Under the pieces are notes generated by a model. The model did not search any database. It worked only from the letters and a program-made list of their open reading frames with translations, and was not told the DNA's origin. DNA of 63,879 bases, the filler included, from Vezdaea acicularis (lineage: Eukaryota): assembly GCA_026025075.1 (NCBI GenBank). It is 5 parts of 5 records of this genome, joined end to end, with 100 filler letters (N's around TTAATTAATTAA, not from the genome) between each part and the next. Parts side by side here need not be neighbours in the genome. Positions count along the whole stretch, not along the records: positions 26,398 to 39,440 come from JAPEUI010000237.1; positions 39,541 to 52,576 come from JAPEUI010000238.1; 3 more parts are not named here. One strand, 5' to 3'. Below, piece after piece: positions 38,501 to 50,000 of this stretch (the first letter of the stretch is position 1; every line of letters starts with the position of its first letter). A program made the position numbers and the translations under genes.

Positions 38501-39440
38501 GTTTTCGTCTTTTGTCTCTCATCTCTCTCTCTCTGTGCCGCTTGCGAGACACCCGTGGGTCCGGCTCGAGTGTCTCACGAGGGGAGGGAGGGCGGGCGTG
38601 TCTGACTTTTTGGCTACCGTTGTTGCTGCTAGCAGGAGGGTTTCCGTGGTAGAGATGCGATGGCGGGAAGGCGGGAGGAGGAGGTCTGGGACATGGACAC
38701 GCCTTCCTGCAGCCGAATGAGACCACAGTAGGAGTGCCGGTGGATGGGGAGGGGAAAAGTCTCAGGCTACTGTAGCTGCTGGGACGCTGGATTGTGAAAA
38801 CTTACTCTCTATCGCGCTCTCCTCCCTCTCGTGGCCAGCGGTGCGGTGGTGGCAGCAGCAGTAGCAACCAAAAGGCGCACCAAACAGATCTCTCTTCCTT
38901 CCTTTCCCAGTCTATTTCCGGGTCAAGAGAAAGAAGCAGGAGAAGAGACGGTGTGGAGTGCATGCGTCCGCTTCCTTCTGCGGCGGTCACGCGTCCTCCA
39001 GCAACAGCGTTGGCCCTGGCAGAAAACAAATCCGCGCCGAAACTCTGTCCGTCGTCATCGTCACGTATGTGTGAGTTCAGCCTGCCTGCGCGCGCACGCG
39101 TGGGCGTGTGTGGATGTGTGTGTGTGTTGGTCTTGCCAGCCCGCACACCCAAAGCCATCCATCCATCCATCCCTCGTCCCGAGCTTACTGTTGCTGTCGC
39201 TTGCTTCGCTTGTCTTGCCTCCGCCGATAGAGTTTACGACATGGCAGGAGCGGACGGATCGAGATTCGATCCTTCGCCCGTGTTTTCTCCCCCCCCTCTC
39301 GATAGCAGCCGAGCAGAAGAACGCGTGATACGCGACAGCTGATCGGGGAACACGCGTGCGGGGAAGGATGGAGGATTGGCGTCGTGATCGCGGATTAGAT
39401 AACTCATACGTAACAATTCTGAGGAAGGATTTGAGGAGGC

Positions 39441-39540
39441 NNNNNNNNNNNNNNNNNNNNNNNNNNNNNNNNNNNNNNNNNNNNTTAATTAATTAANNNN
39501 NNNNNNNNNNNNNNNNNNNNNNNNNNNNNNNNNNNNNNNN
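39441..39540. other. Artificial contig spacer
   Basis: N run containing TTAATTAATTAA. Confidence 0.98.
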
Positions 39541-42093
39541 GTCAACGTCACTTTTCCTAGCGACTACCCCGAAGCTTCAAGCCCTTCATTTCGGTTGGAA
39601 AAGACTGCTTCGATATCCGAAGAGACCCTTGAATCACTATCCTCAGGTATACAGCTCATTGCGCAAGGATTCGTTTCTAGAAAGCGAGGATGTCTAGAGC
39701 CCGTTGTCTGCTATCTTCTCGGCGAGCGTGGTCTAGAAGAGAGCACAGCTGCACTGAATGACGTCAATGAAGACGACGATGATGCGCTTGGGGAAAGCTC
39801 CAGTGAAGATGATGCAGACGAGGTTGAAGACGTATCAAAGACCGATACCGAAGAGGACTTAGAGAGGAGTGGGAATGACTTACTTGGAACGCGTGATGCA
39901 AATGCGAAAGTTCCGCTAGCAAAATGCTGCGGAGCCATGTTTGCGGAGAACGGTACGCTTGTCTGCTTTTTTCCACGACGAGAGGAGAATCCTGTGACTG
40001 GCTTCAGTACATTCCCCTTAAGAGATAGTGAACGAGCTACACGAAGTCAAAAGATGTATGCAGGCTTTGGCCGAATTCAAACAATTTCCCCAGGGCCAAA
40101 GACAAGGTTTTCCTCCGTGGATGATGGTAACGAGGACAACGATTCGGATGACTCCTGGACAGAATCCTCCGGGTCATCCTTTAAAAGTGGAGCCTCGTTC
40201 CCAAGATGGCATGTGCCCCAACTTTTACGAGGTAAAAGACGACTAGATAAGAACCCTCCACCTGCTCCAGTATCTGCCGATCACTCAACTAGATCTGGCG
40301 GCCCTAGCTCAGGACCTGGCAAGTTCTCTTCAAATAAATCTAAATCGGTGGTTTCCCTAAAGGTATTTGACGACTTGATACCATCTAAGGACTACCTAGC
40401 AAATGAATACTTAATCTTTGGAGATGGACCAGTTGTATGTGGTCATAACGCTCACGTCGCAACTAAATACGGCCATCATGATCTTGCGGAGACGTGGAAG
40501 CTGGCGCAGCATATTTTATACAATGAGATTCCGTTGGAAGTCCTCGACCAGCGCTATCGGCGAGAGCCAATATTAGTCATCGCTCGGCTTGCCAATCAGG
40601 ATACGCAACGAAGAGACAGTGGCACCGATCTGGAGCACAACGAAGGAAACCCTGCGGGACGGCGTCAACTGAAGGGGCGAGTGAAATGGGGCAAGCACAC
40701 TTTCGCCGCACCTTGGCTTATTACAAAGCTATTTGAGTATTATGAGCATCTCGCAGATATTCAAATGCTCGCCATGCTCTCTTGCATCTTCAGCGAGCCT
40801 GCCGCACGTGGCAGTGTCTCAAACAAATTAATTGAACATAGGCAACAGGATCTACCACTTTCTATGAAAAGCCCCGCCTTTTCATTGGACTATTTTTCTT
40901 CAGAAAAGACGGCATGGAGTCTGTTTCAGCCAACTTTGTCGGTTCCTTCTGGTTCTAGGTCGGTACATACACCTCTAGAGACATACGGTTCTGCAGGTTC
41001 CTCCAACGGCCCATGGGAAAGTGATAGATTCGCTCACTCGGTTGGCGTTCCAGCATTTCATCCCTACAAAAGTGACCGTCTCAGCCCTGCGAACATCGAA
41101 CTACGAGCTCCAAGCCTCTCCTCATCTCCAGAATTACATGTACTACGTAAGTCTACTACAGCCCCAGCATCCCAGATGACTCGGGCCCTTCCTTCAGGCT
41201 CGACTTCGCCAGTCGCTCGAAAGAAACCAAGTCCCGTAGAGAATATGCTGGTCAATCTTACCGCCTCAGGAGTCACGTGGGGCACAAACACGATATGGGG
41301 CTCGACCGTTCCTGATACCTCGCCTCGTCTTGATGTGGCTACGTATTCAGAGTCCGGGTCATCGAACAATGGCTGCGTGAGAGTTAGGAAACGTACCTTC
41401 AAAATTGTTCGCAGAAACAGGAACACAGTGGACAGTGAGGGCAGCGTCAGTGCGCCATTGCTCGATCCTGAGCGAATGGCTCTCTACAGGTCATATCGTA
41501 CCGCCTATGCCAAGCTCTTAGATGTATGGGGCTTGCCGCTTGCGTGCCTTGAGATTCTCAAATTCAATGGCCTTCGGTCTTACTTCCCAGATACTACAGA
41601 GGACGACGAATCACTTATAACGCTGGGCAAGAAGCGGGATGAGACTACCTTGCTGAACAAAACCTCTGGTCTTGAGCTCGCAAGACATTGCCGGAGATGT
41701 AGTGCGCAGGTTCCCCGAAGGGATTCATCTGGCGGAAATTCTTACTGTGATGACTGTGGTACTCTTCAGATATGGAAAACTTGTCAGGTTTGCAGTGAGA
41801 TCATCCGAGGATTATACGCAGGTTGCTTAGTCTGCGGGCACACCTACCATAAGTCCTGCTTCAGTGAGTGGTCTAATATGAGCCGTGTGGGGTGTCCATG
41901 TGGCTGTGGATGCCCTTGTTTGAATAAGGTTGGCATGGAGGAGGAAGAGCGCTCAATGGAGAGTTTGCAAGACCTCAGAGATGAAAAGGACGAGACTCTG
42001 TATGATATCGACATGGACGAGTTAGGGGGAGATATCCGGGTTTTTGGTTGGGCGTTTGCTGGGGGTCTACAGCTGCATGCTGGCGTCGACTGA
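39541..42093 (+). CDS. MTC5: SEACAT/GATOR2 subunit Mtc5/Sea3/WDR59, 5'-truncated (RWD end to C-terminal RING)
   Basis: Frame is open from the contig start: VTFPSDYPEASSP (RWD YPxxxP), CGAMFAENGTLVCFFP, VCGHNAHVA, WGKHTF, ADIQMLAMLSCIF, YRTAYAKLLDVWGL, and C-terminal CxxC..CxxC..CLVCGHTYH..CPCGCGC. Confidence 0.88.
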   Translation, partial: VNVTFPSDYPEASSPSFRLEKTASISEETLESLSSGIQLIAQGFVSRKRGCLEPVVCYLLGERGLEESTAALNDVNEDDDDALGESSSEDDADEVEDVSKTDTEEDLERSGNDLLGTRDANAKVPLAKCCGAMFAENGTLVCFFPRREENPVTGFSTFPLRDSERATRSQKMYAGFGRIQTISPGPKTRFSSVDDGNEDNDSDDSWTESSGSSFKSGASFPRWHVPQLLRGKRRLDKNPPPAPVSADHSTRSGGPSSGPGKFSSNKSKSVVSLKVFDDLIPSKDYLANEYLIFGDGPVVCGHNAHVATKYGHHDLAETWKLAQHILYNEIPLEVLDQRYRREPILVIARLANQDTQRRDSGTDLEHNEGNPAGRRQLKGRVKWGKHTFAAPWLITKLFEYYEHLADIQMLAMLSCIFSEPAARGSVSNKLIEHRQQDLPLSMKSPAFSLDYFSSEKTAWSLFQPTLSVPSGSRSVHTPLETYGSAGSSNGPWESDRFAHSVGVPAFHPYKSDRLSPANIELRAPSLSSSPELHVLRKSTTAPASQMTRALPSGSTSPVARKKPSPVENMLVNLTASGVTWGTNTIWGSTVPDTSPRLDVATYSESGSSNNGCVRVRKRTFKIVRRNRNTVDSEGSVSAPLLDPERMALYRSYRTAYAKLLDVWGLPLACLEILKFNGLRSYFPDTTEDDESLITLGKKRDETTLLNKTSGLELARHCRRCSAQVPRRDSSGGNSYCDDCGTLQIWKTCQVCSEIIRGLYAGCLVCGHTYHKSCFSEWSNMSRVGCPCGCGCPCLNKVGMEEEERSMESLQDLRDEKDETLYDIDMDELGGDIRVFGWAFAGGLQLHAGVD

Positions 42094-42282
42094 TCATTGG
42101 AGGACACTGCATTGCATTGAAGCGCTGGAGTTGGGAACGAGCAATTGTTTTGAGAACGACAGGGGTGTCTGTACCCTACGGTCCAGCGTGTATCAATGTA
42201 AACCCCAGAGCCGAGGGCAGAGAATTTAATCAGAGCCATCACACTCCATACTCGACAGATCTTACTTGAATCCGAGAAGGCA

Positions 42283-42812
42283 CTAACTCTTCACAGGCAA
42301 AGTAGCGTAATGGGCCATGGCCTGCACATTAACCTCTGGAGATAATGGCTTCCCTTCAGCTGCCATGTTGCTTAGGAGCTTGAAGTAATTGATATAGAAC
42401 GCAGGCGTGAAGGTATTGAAGAAGCGAGCCTCCTCGTCGAAAGGGTTAGAGAACGTGTGAGGGGCCCTGACAGGTACGACAATGTAGTCTCCAACCTTTG
42501 CGTCAGTATCCTTAGACTCCGGTGCATGGAAGCGGACGGTGCCTTTGGTGACAAGGAATGTCTCGTCGTGCATTTCATGCCAATGTGCGGGAGGGCCAGA
42601 AGTGCGCGGGGGGATGATCAATTCGACGGCGCCGATCCGGTTATCTGCAGGATTGGTCAATTTACCCTCGGAGTTCCGAGAATTGATTGATTTTGCAGGG
42701 ACAGACCTGTGCGGGAGCCATCTTCCATGATACGGATGGTCATAGTCCCGAGTGGGTACGTTTCCCCTGCCTTGGCAGGTACGAAATTGATTGGTATCTT
42801 CGGCAAAGACAT
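42283..42812 (-). CDS. Cupin-2 barrel protein, 2 exons
   Basis: MSLPKIPINFVPAKAGE..RIMEDGSRT|DNRIG. Metal motifs PPAHWHEMHDETF and GDYIVVPVRAPHTFSN. Confidence 0.88.
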
Positions 42813-43002
42813 CAATTATGACTAAGAGACTAGATGATGGTAACTTAGAGTTTGCTTAAAACTTCCGTCGAAATCTTTGGGGTTATGAAGTTGTAGAAAC
42901 GTCATATACATTACCAGCCTCCGACTAAAATTGGGGGGGGGTTTTATCTGGGCGGGGCGTTGGCCAAAGGGATGGTGAGCGCAACTGGGTAGGTGGGAGA
43001 GC

Positions 43003-43026
43003 CTACGTCATTGACGTTTGGACGTG
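43003..43026. promoter_or_regulatory. CRE/ATF-like sites in the divergent cupin / DUF3292 promoter
   Basis: TACGTCA, TGACGT and GGACGT occur in tandem within ~25 bp. Confidence 0.4.
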
Positions 43027-43187
43027 GACTATCAGGGATCTTTTTTGAGAAAAATGTCGAGCTCGTTCGTCATTCTTCGTCCAAAAATTGTTGGAAGACT
43101 TTGTTGAATTAGCTCTAGTACACCCCTAGAGCTAAGCATCCTAACCAAGTCCTTCGACTATTCAATTTCTTTCTCGCCCAGCCTTCC

Positions 43188-45355
43188 ATGGGTAGTAACA
43201 TTACGGACATGGTCGGATTGGCCCCGGCGCACGATGAAGATATTACAAGCAGCCATGCGCTTGCTGCTGCTGACCACAATGAGAAAGGAATTGCCCAATT
43301 GGATCATTCCAGCATAGAGGCGAAGGATGTAGGGTGGAATAAAGCGCCCGATCAGATACCGGAGCTGGTAGGGGGACTTTCAAATGACGAGCTTTGGACT
43401 CTAATACGGCGATTTGACAAGGTAAAGCCAAAGACCTATCCAACCGCACATGTCCTGCATCAGAAACTTAGCCCATTGCCTCCTATCTAGCAAATGTACC
43501 ATGTCAAGAAGATCTCATCCGTACCTCCGGGAGACCTTGACCTCAATATCGCAGCGGATGAGGAGTTCTCGCCTGACAAGATGCGCTCCAATATCGAGAG
43601 GTTATATATGACGGTTATACTAGGCCTAATAGGTTTCGGGAAGCACTTCTCAAGATTATGCTCCTGGCGTGAGCCTCGCCGTACAGCCGCCTTTTGCGTA
43701 GTGTACTTCCTAGCCTGGGCTCTTGACTTTCTAGTACCTACCCTCCTCACCGTTCTCCTTGTTCTCATTGTTAGTCCAAGGTCACGGAACATACTGTTCC
43801 CTCCTTCCCCTCTTGCACTTGTCAATTTCGAGACCGGTGGTATACAAAAGCCCAAGGCAGGTATGCTTGGAAGCCACGATAGCTTGACCGGTGCTCCCGA
43901 GAAACACCAGGGTGAAGCCGTGGAGAGGGAGGCTAGCAACTTTGTCTCCGGCCTGACGTCCATCACGGTCAGTAGCGCTGTGGGGCAGCATCCGGAGATC
44001 ACCCCTGAGCAAGGCGGCGACACAAATGACGACAACGTGCCTGATCCTACTAAGATCATCTCCGGCGCAACGGATGCAAAGAGCTCTGCTGCCGGGGAGA
44101 TGGTAAGGCACGACAAGACAAAGCAGCCCATGGAACAGACAATGTGGGCGAAAGCACGACCAATCATGCACATTGTCGGCACGATTGCAGATACATGGGA
44201 GAGGTTTGCCAAGTATGCCATTCACCTACTACTACTGTGAAGTACCACTGATTGAAGCTCACAGCGCCCTATCGCCCACCCCGCCCTTTCCAAAACAAGC
44301 TACCCGCCTCAGATTCGCCGCTTTCGTGATTCCGCTCCTCGCAGTCTCCATATTCTTAAGCTCGTACCTCTTCATGAAGTTCGTGACGCTGGGAGTTGGC
44401 TTCGGCCTCTTTGGAGAGCCCCTAATATCACGAGCTGTTGCGGTGCTCAATAGGATAGACTCCCACTGGCAAGAGCTGCTGGATATCAGGAAGTGAGCCT
44501 GCCTATCCAGTACATCCTGCTCTTTGAATGTTGGGCTAATAATATGCACCGTGCAGCACCCTCCTGAAAGGCATTCCCACAAACGCCCAACTGACACTAA
44601 CACTCCTCCGCATTGGCGAACTGAACAACAGTCCCCTTCCCCCACCCCCAACCACCTCTGCACCCCCCGCCTCGGCCGCGGCCTCCGTCGACACCGAAAA
44701 CCTCGCCACAGCCCTCGATGCATCCCAGGACGAAATCGAGGACGCTATCCACCCCTCCACAGCGGATGAAAGCTACAAAGAGCAGCCGAGCGATAAAGGC
44801 CAACCACGCAAACACCGACACGGCCGCAAAACGCTCGCCCTCCTCAAAGGCACCACCCGTGGCGGCATCTCTGCCTTCCTGGGCGCCGATCGCTTGAAAG
44901 CCTCAGCCGGCTCCGAGACGTCGAAGAAGCGCGTCGGGGTCATTCCCAGCGTGAGCACCCCCAAGGCAGGCCCCGTGAGGTTTCCGGCGCGCTACCAAGG
45001 GAAAAGGGGTGTGTTGTATCTCAGCACCGCAGCGACGGCGCCATGTATCTCGTTCACAGCTGGGGATGGGTCCAGCGCCGAGGTCAAGGAAGAGGAAGCG
45101 GATGGGACGACTGGACCTCGGCTCAATCCCGTGTGGACGGTGGCGATCAATGACATTGCGGAGCTGAAGAAAGTAGGGGGGTTGGGGTGGAAGGCGAAGC
45201 TTGTGGTGGGCTGGGCGACGGATAGGGAGGTTGCGGATGGGATTGAGATTGTGGAGGAGGGTGGGGGGCGGAAGACGCTCACAGCAATCAGGCTTAGAGA
45301 ACAGTTGTTCAACCGCCTGGTTGCGGTAGGGAGACAGAAGTGGGAGAGTTGGTAG
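43188..45355 (+). CDS. DUF3292-type membrane protein, 4 exons
   Basis: LVGGLSNDELWTLIRRFDK|QMYHVK, LDLNIAADEEFSPDKMRSNIERLY, SWREPRRT, LFPPSPLALV, DTWERFA|LSPTPPF, TLLKGIPTNAQLTLTLLRIGE, ELKKVGGLGWK, LFNRLVAVGRQKWESW. Confidence 0.85.
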
Positions 45356-45829
45356 TGTTGAGAGAGGTTGGTCATAAGAAGAAGCATGCCTAGTCTATGC
45401 GAGCTTGGACACGGATTCGTTGTTTCGCTGCGGTGCATGTACTACGGGTGTGGCTTGATTGCCCTGGAGAGGGCGCTTGAAGGGTTGATGGAGGGGGAAG
45501 GGGGGGCGCCATATAAATTCAAGCCCCTTGTTACATAGCGTAGTGATGTTGGGGGCCACTTGGCCGGTACTCGATTTAGGCGACAGCAATGCGGCGCAAG
45601 CAAGCTCCGCAGTACCAACCACGCGCAACGTCATTTCAATGAAACACGCACAGCCCCTATGCGGGGGGCGAGGCAGAACTATAGAAGTGATTCAAGTGTG
45701 TTTTTGTTAGTGATTACCAATTGGAACAAAAGGTGCTTAGGTCTGTGAACTGTAAGTTTCATACGATTCAACATCGCTATTGAGCGCATGAAGCTATTGG
45801 CGGACGTACAACGCTATAGCGAGAAAGCC

Positions 45830-47068
45830 ATGATGTTCAATTTTCTCATTGCCATCGCATTTGTTCTCCAAGTCGGAGAGATCTATGCTTCTCGCGGACC
45901 AAGATGGGGGCCTTTCCCAATCTGCGATAGCTGCATCCCACCTGAGATGCTGTCCGCACCTGGAATTGGCTTTGACCTGACGACAACTTACGGGCGAGCA
46001 AGCCAAATCCCGGGTTATCTCGTTCTGAGGCTAACATTCCGTTCAGAACGGCGGCCATCACCTATGACAACGGCCCGATTGTGCTCGTGGAGGGGACGGC
46101 GGGGAGCAAGGCCTATCAAAGCATGATGAAGAGGTTCACCCCAGAATCATCGAGGCCTGAATAGTGCGCAAGCAGAGACCTAACCAGCTTAGAAGCCCGT
46201 ACTGATCATCCCCAGCCCACCCAAGAATGGCTTTCAAGAGACATGGAGGCGTTTCAAACGCAACCTGAACAAGCGCCTCGGCCGCCCAGCGACAGCAGAT
46301 GTTGGCACTATCGCGCGCGTCATCAAGCAGCTCCGCGTCAACACGGAAAACGTCCTGAGGCAAGACGTATCCAACGTCGTGATATCGCGGCCGATGCTCC
46401 CGGGCTTCTCAGAAGAGGATCTGGCGGATGCCGTGGAATATGTGGGTATTCGCAGCCAGAAGCAATACAGCTACTATGGAGATGTGTCGGAAACTTCCGC
46501 CGCGTTTGCGGCGGCAGGATATGGCTTGTGCAAGAATTATACCCGCCTGCGGGAATGTGAGATGGAGGAGCCGACTTTCCCTCACCACCATATCCTTGCC
46601 GTATCATACACAAGGCAGACGCTAAGTATAACTCTGACCTGGCTCCAAGATGCCCTTGAGTCGCGAGAAATCATCGCCGTGGTGAATTGGGAACTTGGCT
46701 CGAATGCGCTTCAACGGCGGCCTCCTGAACTCTACTGGGCAGAGGTCCACCAAGCAATTCGAGATGTAGCGGTGAGGTCTACCTACCCATTGACTGTCCT
46801 TCTTATCATGGGAGAAGATGCATCGAATAAAGCTTTCTTGGATGTTGTTCGTGAAGTGGTCGGAGAATTCCAGGGCTATCCTTGGCTATCGCCACATGAT
46901 TCTATGAGCACGGCTCAAGGACCTAAGAAAGAGGACTTTCTCTATCACGTCGCCAAGGGAAGTTCCATCTTTGCGAAGCGTTGGCAGGCAACCCCGTGGG
47001 ACTGTGTAGAGCCCAGTCGTTGCCAGGAAGCCCGGAAGGATCGGGTAGACTATGAAGTCGAGCTCTGA
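45830..47068 (+). CDS. Hypothetical secreted protein with an actin/Hsp70-like N-terminal GIGFDL motif, 3 exons (first intron GC-AG)
   Basis: Hydrophobic signal MMFNFLIAIAFVLQVGEIYA, then PGIGFDLTTTYG|TAAITYDNG, AAFAAAGYGLC, ILAVSYT and LLIMGEDA. Two short introns restore a continuous frame to the stop at 47068. Confidence 0.7.
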
Positions 47069-50000
47069 GGGTTGCGAACTTAGAACTAAGTTTGGGAGTT
47101 CATTCTCAGACCATATTTGAGCGTGTGCTTGATGGCTTTCACCAATTTCGGCTTATACTTTCCCTGTAGTTCTCGCACCTGTCGTCTCCTTGTGAGCTCA
47201 GCAACGAGGTCAATTGAGTTTATGAGTTTCCGATATCAATGGATCGGGTAGATATGCTGCAAGGTCATGCTTTGAAGTCCAGCTCATGAAGTTTCTCAGA
47301 AAGCCGCGCGGCTGCTTCTGCAGCAGGTCCGGGTGAAGAGGGTTTGAATCTTGTTGTCGTCGGGCAAAGTTCCCGACCATCTGCAAACGATAATTACGTT
47401 TCCCATCACGTTTCGGAACAGTAGAATCTCCAGAAAAGTACCACGGTTCCATCAAGGCACTCGGCAAAAAGAAAATCGGGTTTAAGAAATAGACTTCGAC
47501 CGGGCAAGATCCCGGTCCCGCACGGACAATTCGCGCACTGACTCTGGTTCGTAGGATAGCAGTCCCCGGAAATATCAGCATGCTTCGGCGAGATATCGGG
47601 GGTCCGCATGCTCTGGGTGCCGATGCCGTTATCCGACTTGAAGCTCACCCGACGAGAGAGAGCAGAACGAGGGGATACTGTGGTAGTCCCAAGTGGATGG
47701 CTCAAGCACCGAGTTTGAAGTCAGTCGCTTCGTGGGCTCGATTTTTCTTTTTCGAACTCTGAGAATAATGTTCCGAAATTCTATTTCTGGCGAAATACCA
47801 AAGAATCCCGCGGGTGGGATCGACAGCCACAGTTCTCGTTCATACACTGTGCGAAAACATCCGCCGGAAGGACCAGGTCATTTGCAGATATGACGGAGTC
47901 CGAATCCATCTTGTCAGATTCTGCTCAACTTGAAGCAAGAGGCAAAGCCAGCTGGGATGGGAGAAGAAGTAGTGAAAACGCGAATAAGGAATATCTAGGT
48001 TTTGGAGGTCGAGATAGCGAATCATCGCTCGCTCGTTTAACAAAACAATAGATTCATCCCGCCCTGGAGCTTGAGAGCGGTTACTAATAAGGATAAATGT
48101 ATTGGGCGGAGCACGCACGGCCTGCTCTAGGTCCTAATTGACGTAAAATACCTGGAGTGGGGACATTCAGACAAACGACCATCGTATGGTGTGGAGAACT
48201 GGTAACCTGTTGATCGTCACCCCGGTTTAGTCCAGAGGAGAAGGCGTCCAGTTCCTGGCTATCCGCCATAAAGACGCCTCGGTGATGGAATCGTGGTTCG
48301 CCCATCGATCCATCTCAAGATTTCGCAGCCTGCTAATCGGAGTAGGCGCACGATCATCTGAACGGGTACGATCTGCCACGTTATTCTTTTGGGGGCATCC
48401 TATCGGCCCGTTTGACCTCGAACCAGTCCCTCAAGCAGGGTCGCATGTCGAAGTGGTTGTCCGCGATACCGATGTTGCGCTACCTACCAGAACTCGGCGG
48501 GATCGAATCAAATCGAGGAATTTTACAGCGAGCTGCAGTTTGCCGGCATCCCTTGTGGCTGGTATGCATATCGGCAGCCTGACCCAGGAGACGCATCTTG
48601 CCCAACACCAATCGCTCATGATGTAACGCTGTATCCGTAGATGAGAGACATGCAGGACGTACCTCCTTCTGTTCAACGTGATCATCTTGCCATCTCAAGC
48701 GACTCGTAACCACACGACCTTTGTCGAGTTCCCACTCTCCGAGCTCCGGTATCAGCTCCAGCGCTGAGGCTCTCGGGCCGCAGGTGAGGGGAGCGACGTG
48801 CAGCTGTCTAGATTTCTCCACCGCGCTAATGAGGAGGGAGCGTACTCCCGCAGCCGCAATCCTGGAGGAAAGCCGTTGGCGCTTCCGCGCACCTGCGATC
48901 CTTCTTGGATGTACACGGACGTATAGATTGTGGCTACAACGGCGCACGGACTCAACGACAGACTGTAGAAATGGTCCGAGCTAACATCCCGCCGGAGCAG
49001 TAGGCCCATCGAATCTCCAGCCCCAGCGGAAACTGATCGTCGTGCGGTAGACTGTGTTCCCATACTCCATATCGCTTGACACCATGCAAGGCAATCCTTC
49101 ACGGACGGTTTTGATCTGGGCGGCCCACGCGATACTCGAAGATGCGTACGATGTGTAGTAGACTTGATTTCACCCACTGCCGCTGTCTCGAGGGGGTCGA
49201 ACCTCCAATCATTCTTGCATGCAAGAAGGATCAGATGATGAGTATTTCATGTGGATTGTGGGGTGCGCATCATGCAGTGAAGGAGAGATTCCAGGATAGA
49301 GCTCGACCAGGCATCGAAGCAGTGATGCTGGACTGAAGTAACAGTTTGACGTAGTCCCTACAGTGCTCTTCTTTCCTCCAAGACATGAACGACCTAGCTA
49401 GCAAGGATGATTCCACCATCAGAAGCCTTTCCGACATGATGAGAACAAGCGCCGGCATAAACGTTCAGACGACTTTGCCAAACAAGCTTGCAATAGGTCG
49501 CTCGCTTGGAACGCTCCATGGCTACAACTTCAGTCTCACCCGTGCGGAAAGCCGTGGATATGTGCTAGCCCAGACCAGAGGGGCGATCAGATCGGAGGAT
49601 TGTCATAGCTGAGAGATGCAAAGCGGGGGCGAGCTCAATCGTGCATGGGACAGAGAGTGACCCTAAAATGAGGGTGGAGGAGGTAACGCATGTTAGAGGG
49701 GCAAGATGGGGCGGGGGAGTGTCAAACCGTTGTCGATCATGGATGATCTTCGATCCCATCCATCGGCACCACGGAACAGATGATCCCGCTTGCTGCTGGT
49801 GATACCATCGACATCCAGAGGCAATAAGCGTGACAGGAGGTGGTCCGAAAGAGCAATCTCACAACATTGTTTCAGAGACCGGTGGTACAAACTGCAGTGT
49901 CTCTTCAAGTTTGCTCAATCCGCCGCATCCTGCAATGACCCATCGGGGGTGAGGCCACCGTCGAACCCTCCTCCTGACACAGCGCGGAGCCTTCTGGTAC

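Noticed and set aside
29600..39440. Dozens of 100-313-aa ORFs (e.g. 32015-32956, 35752-36678)
   Set aside because: They overlap on all frames, are R/P/G/S-rich, and have no motifs or codon bias. This is expected from stop-poor GC-rich DNA.
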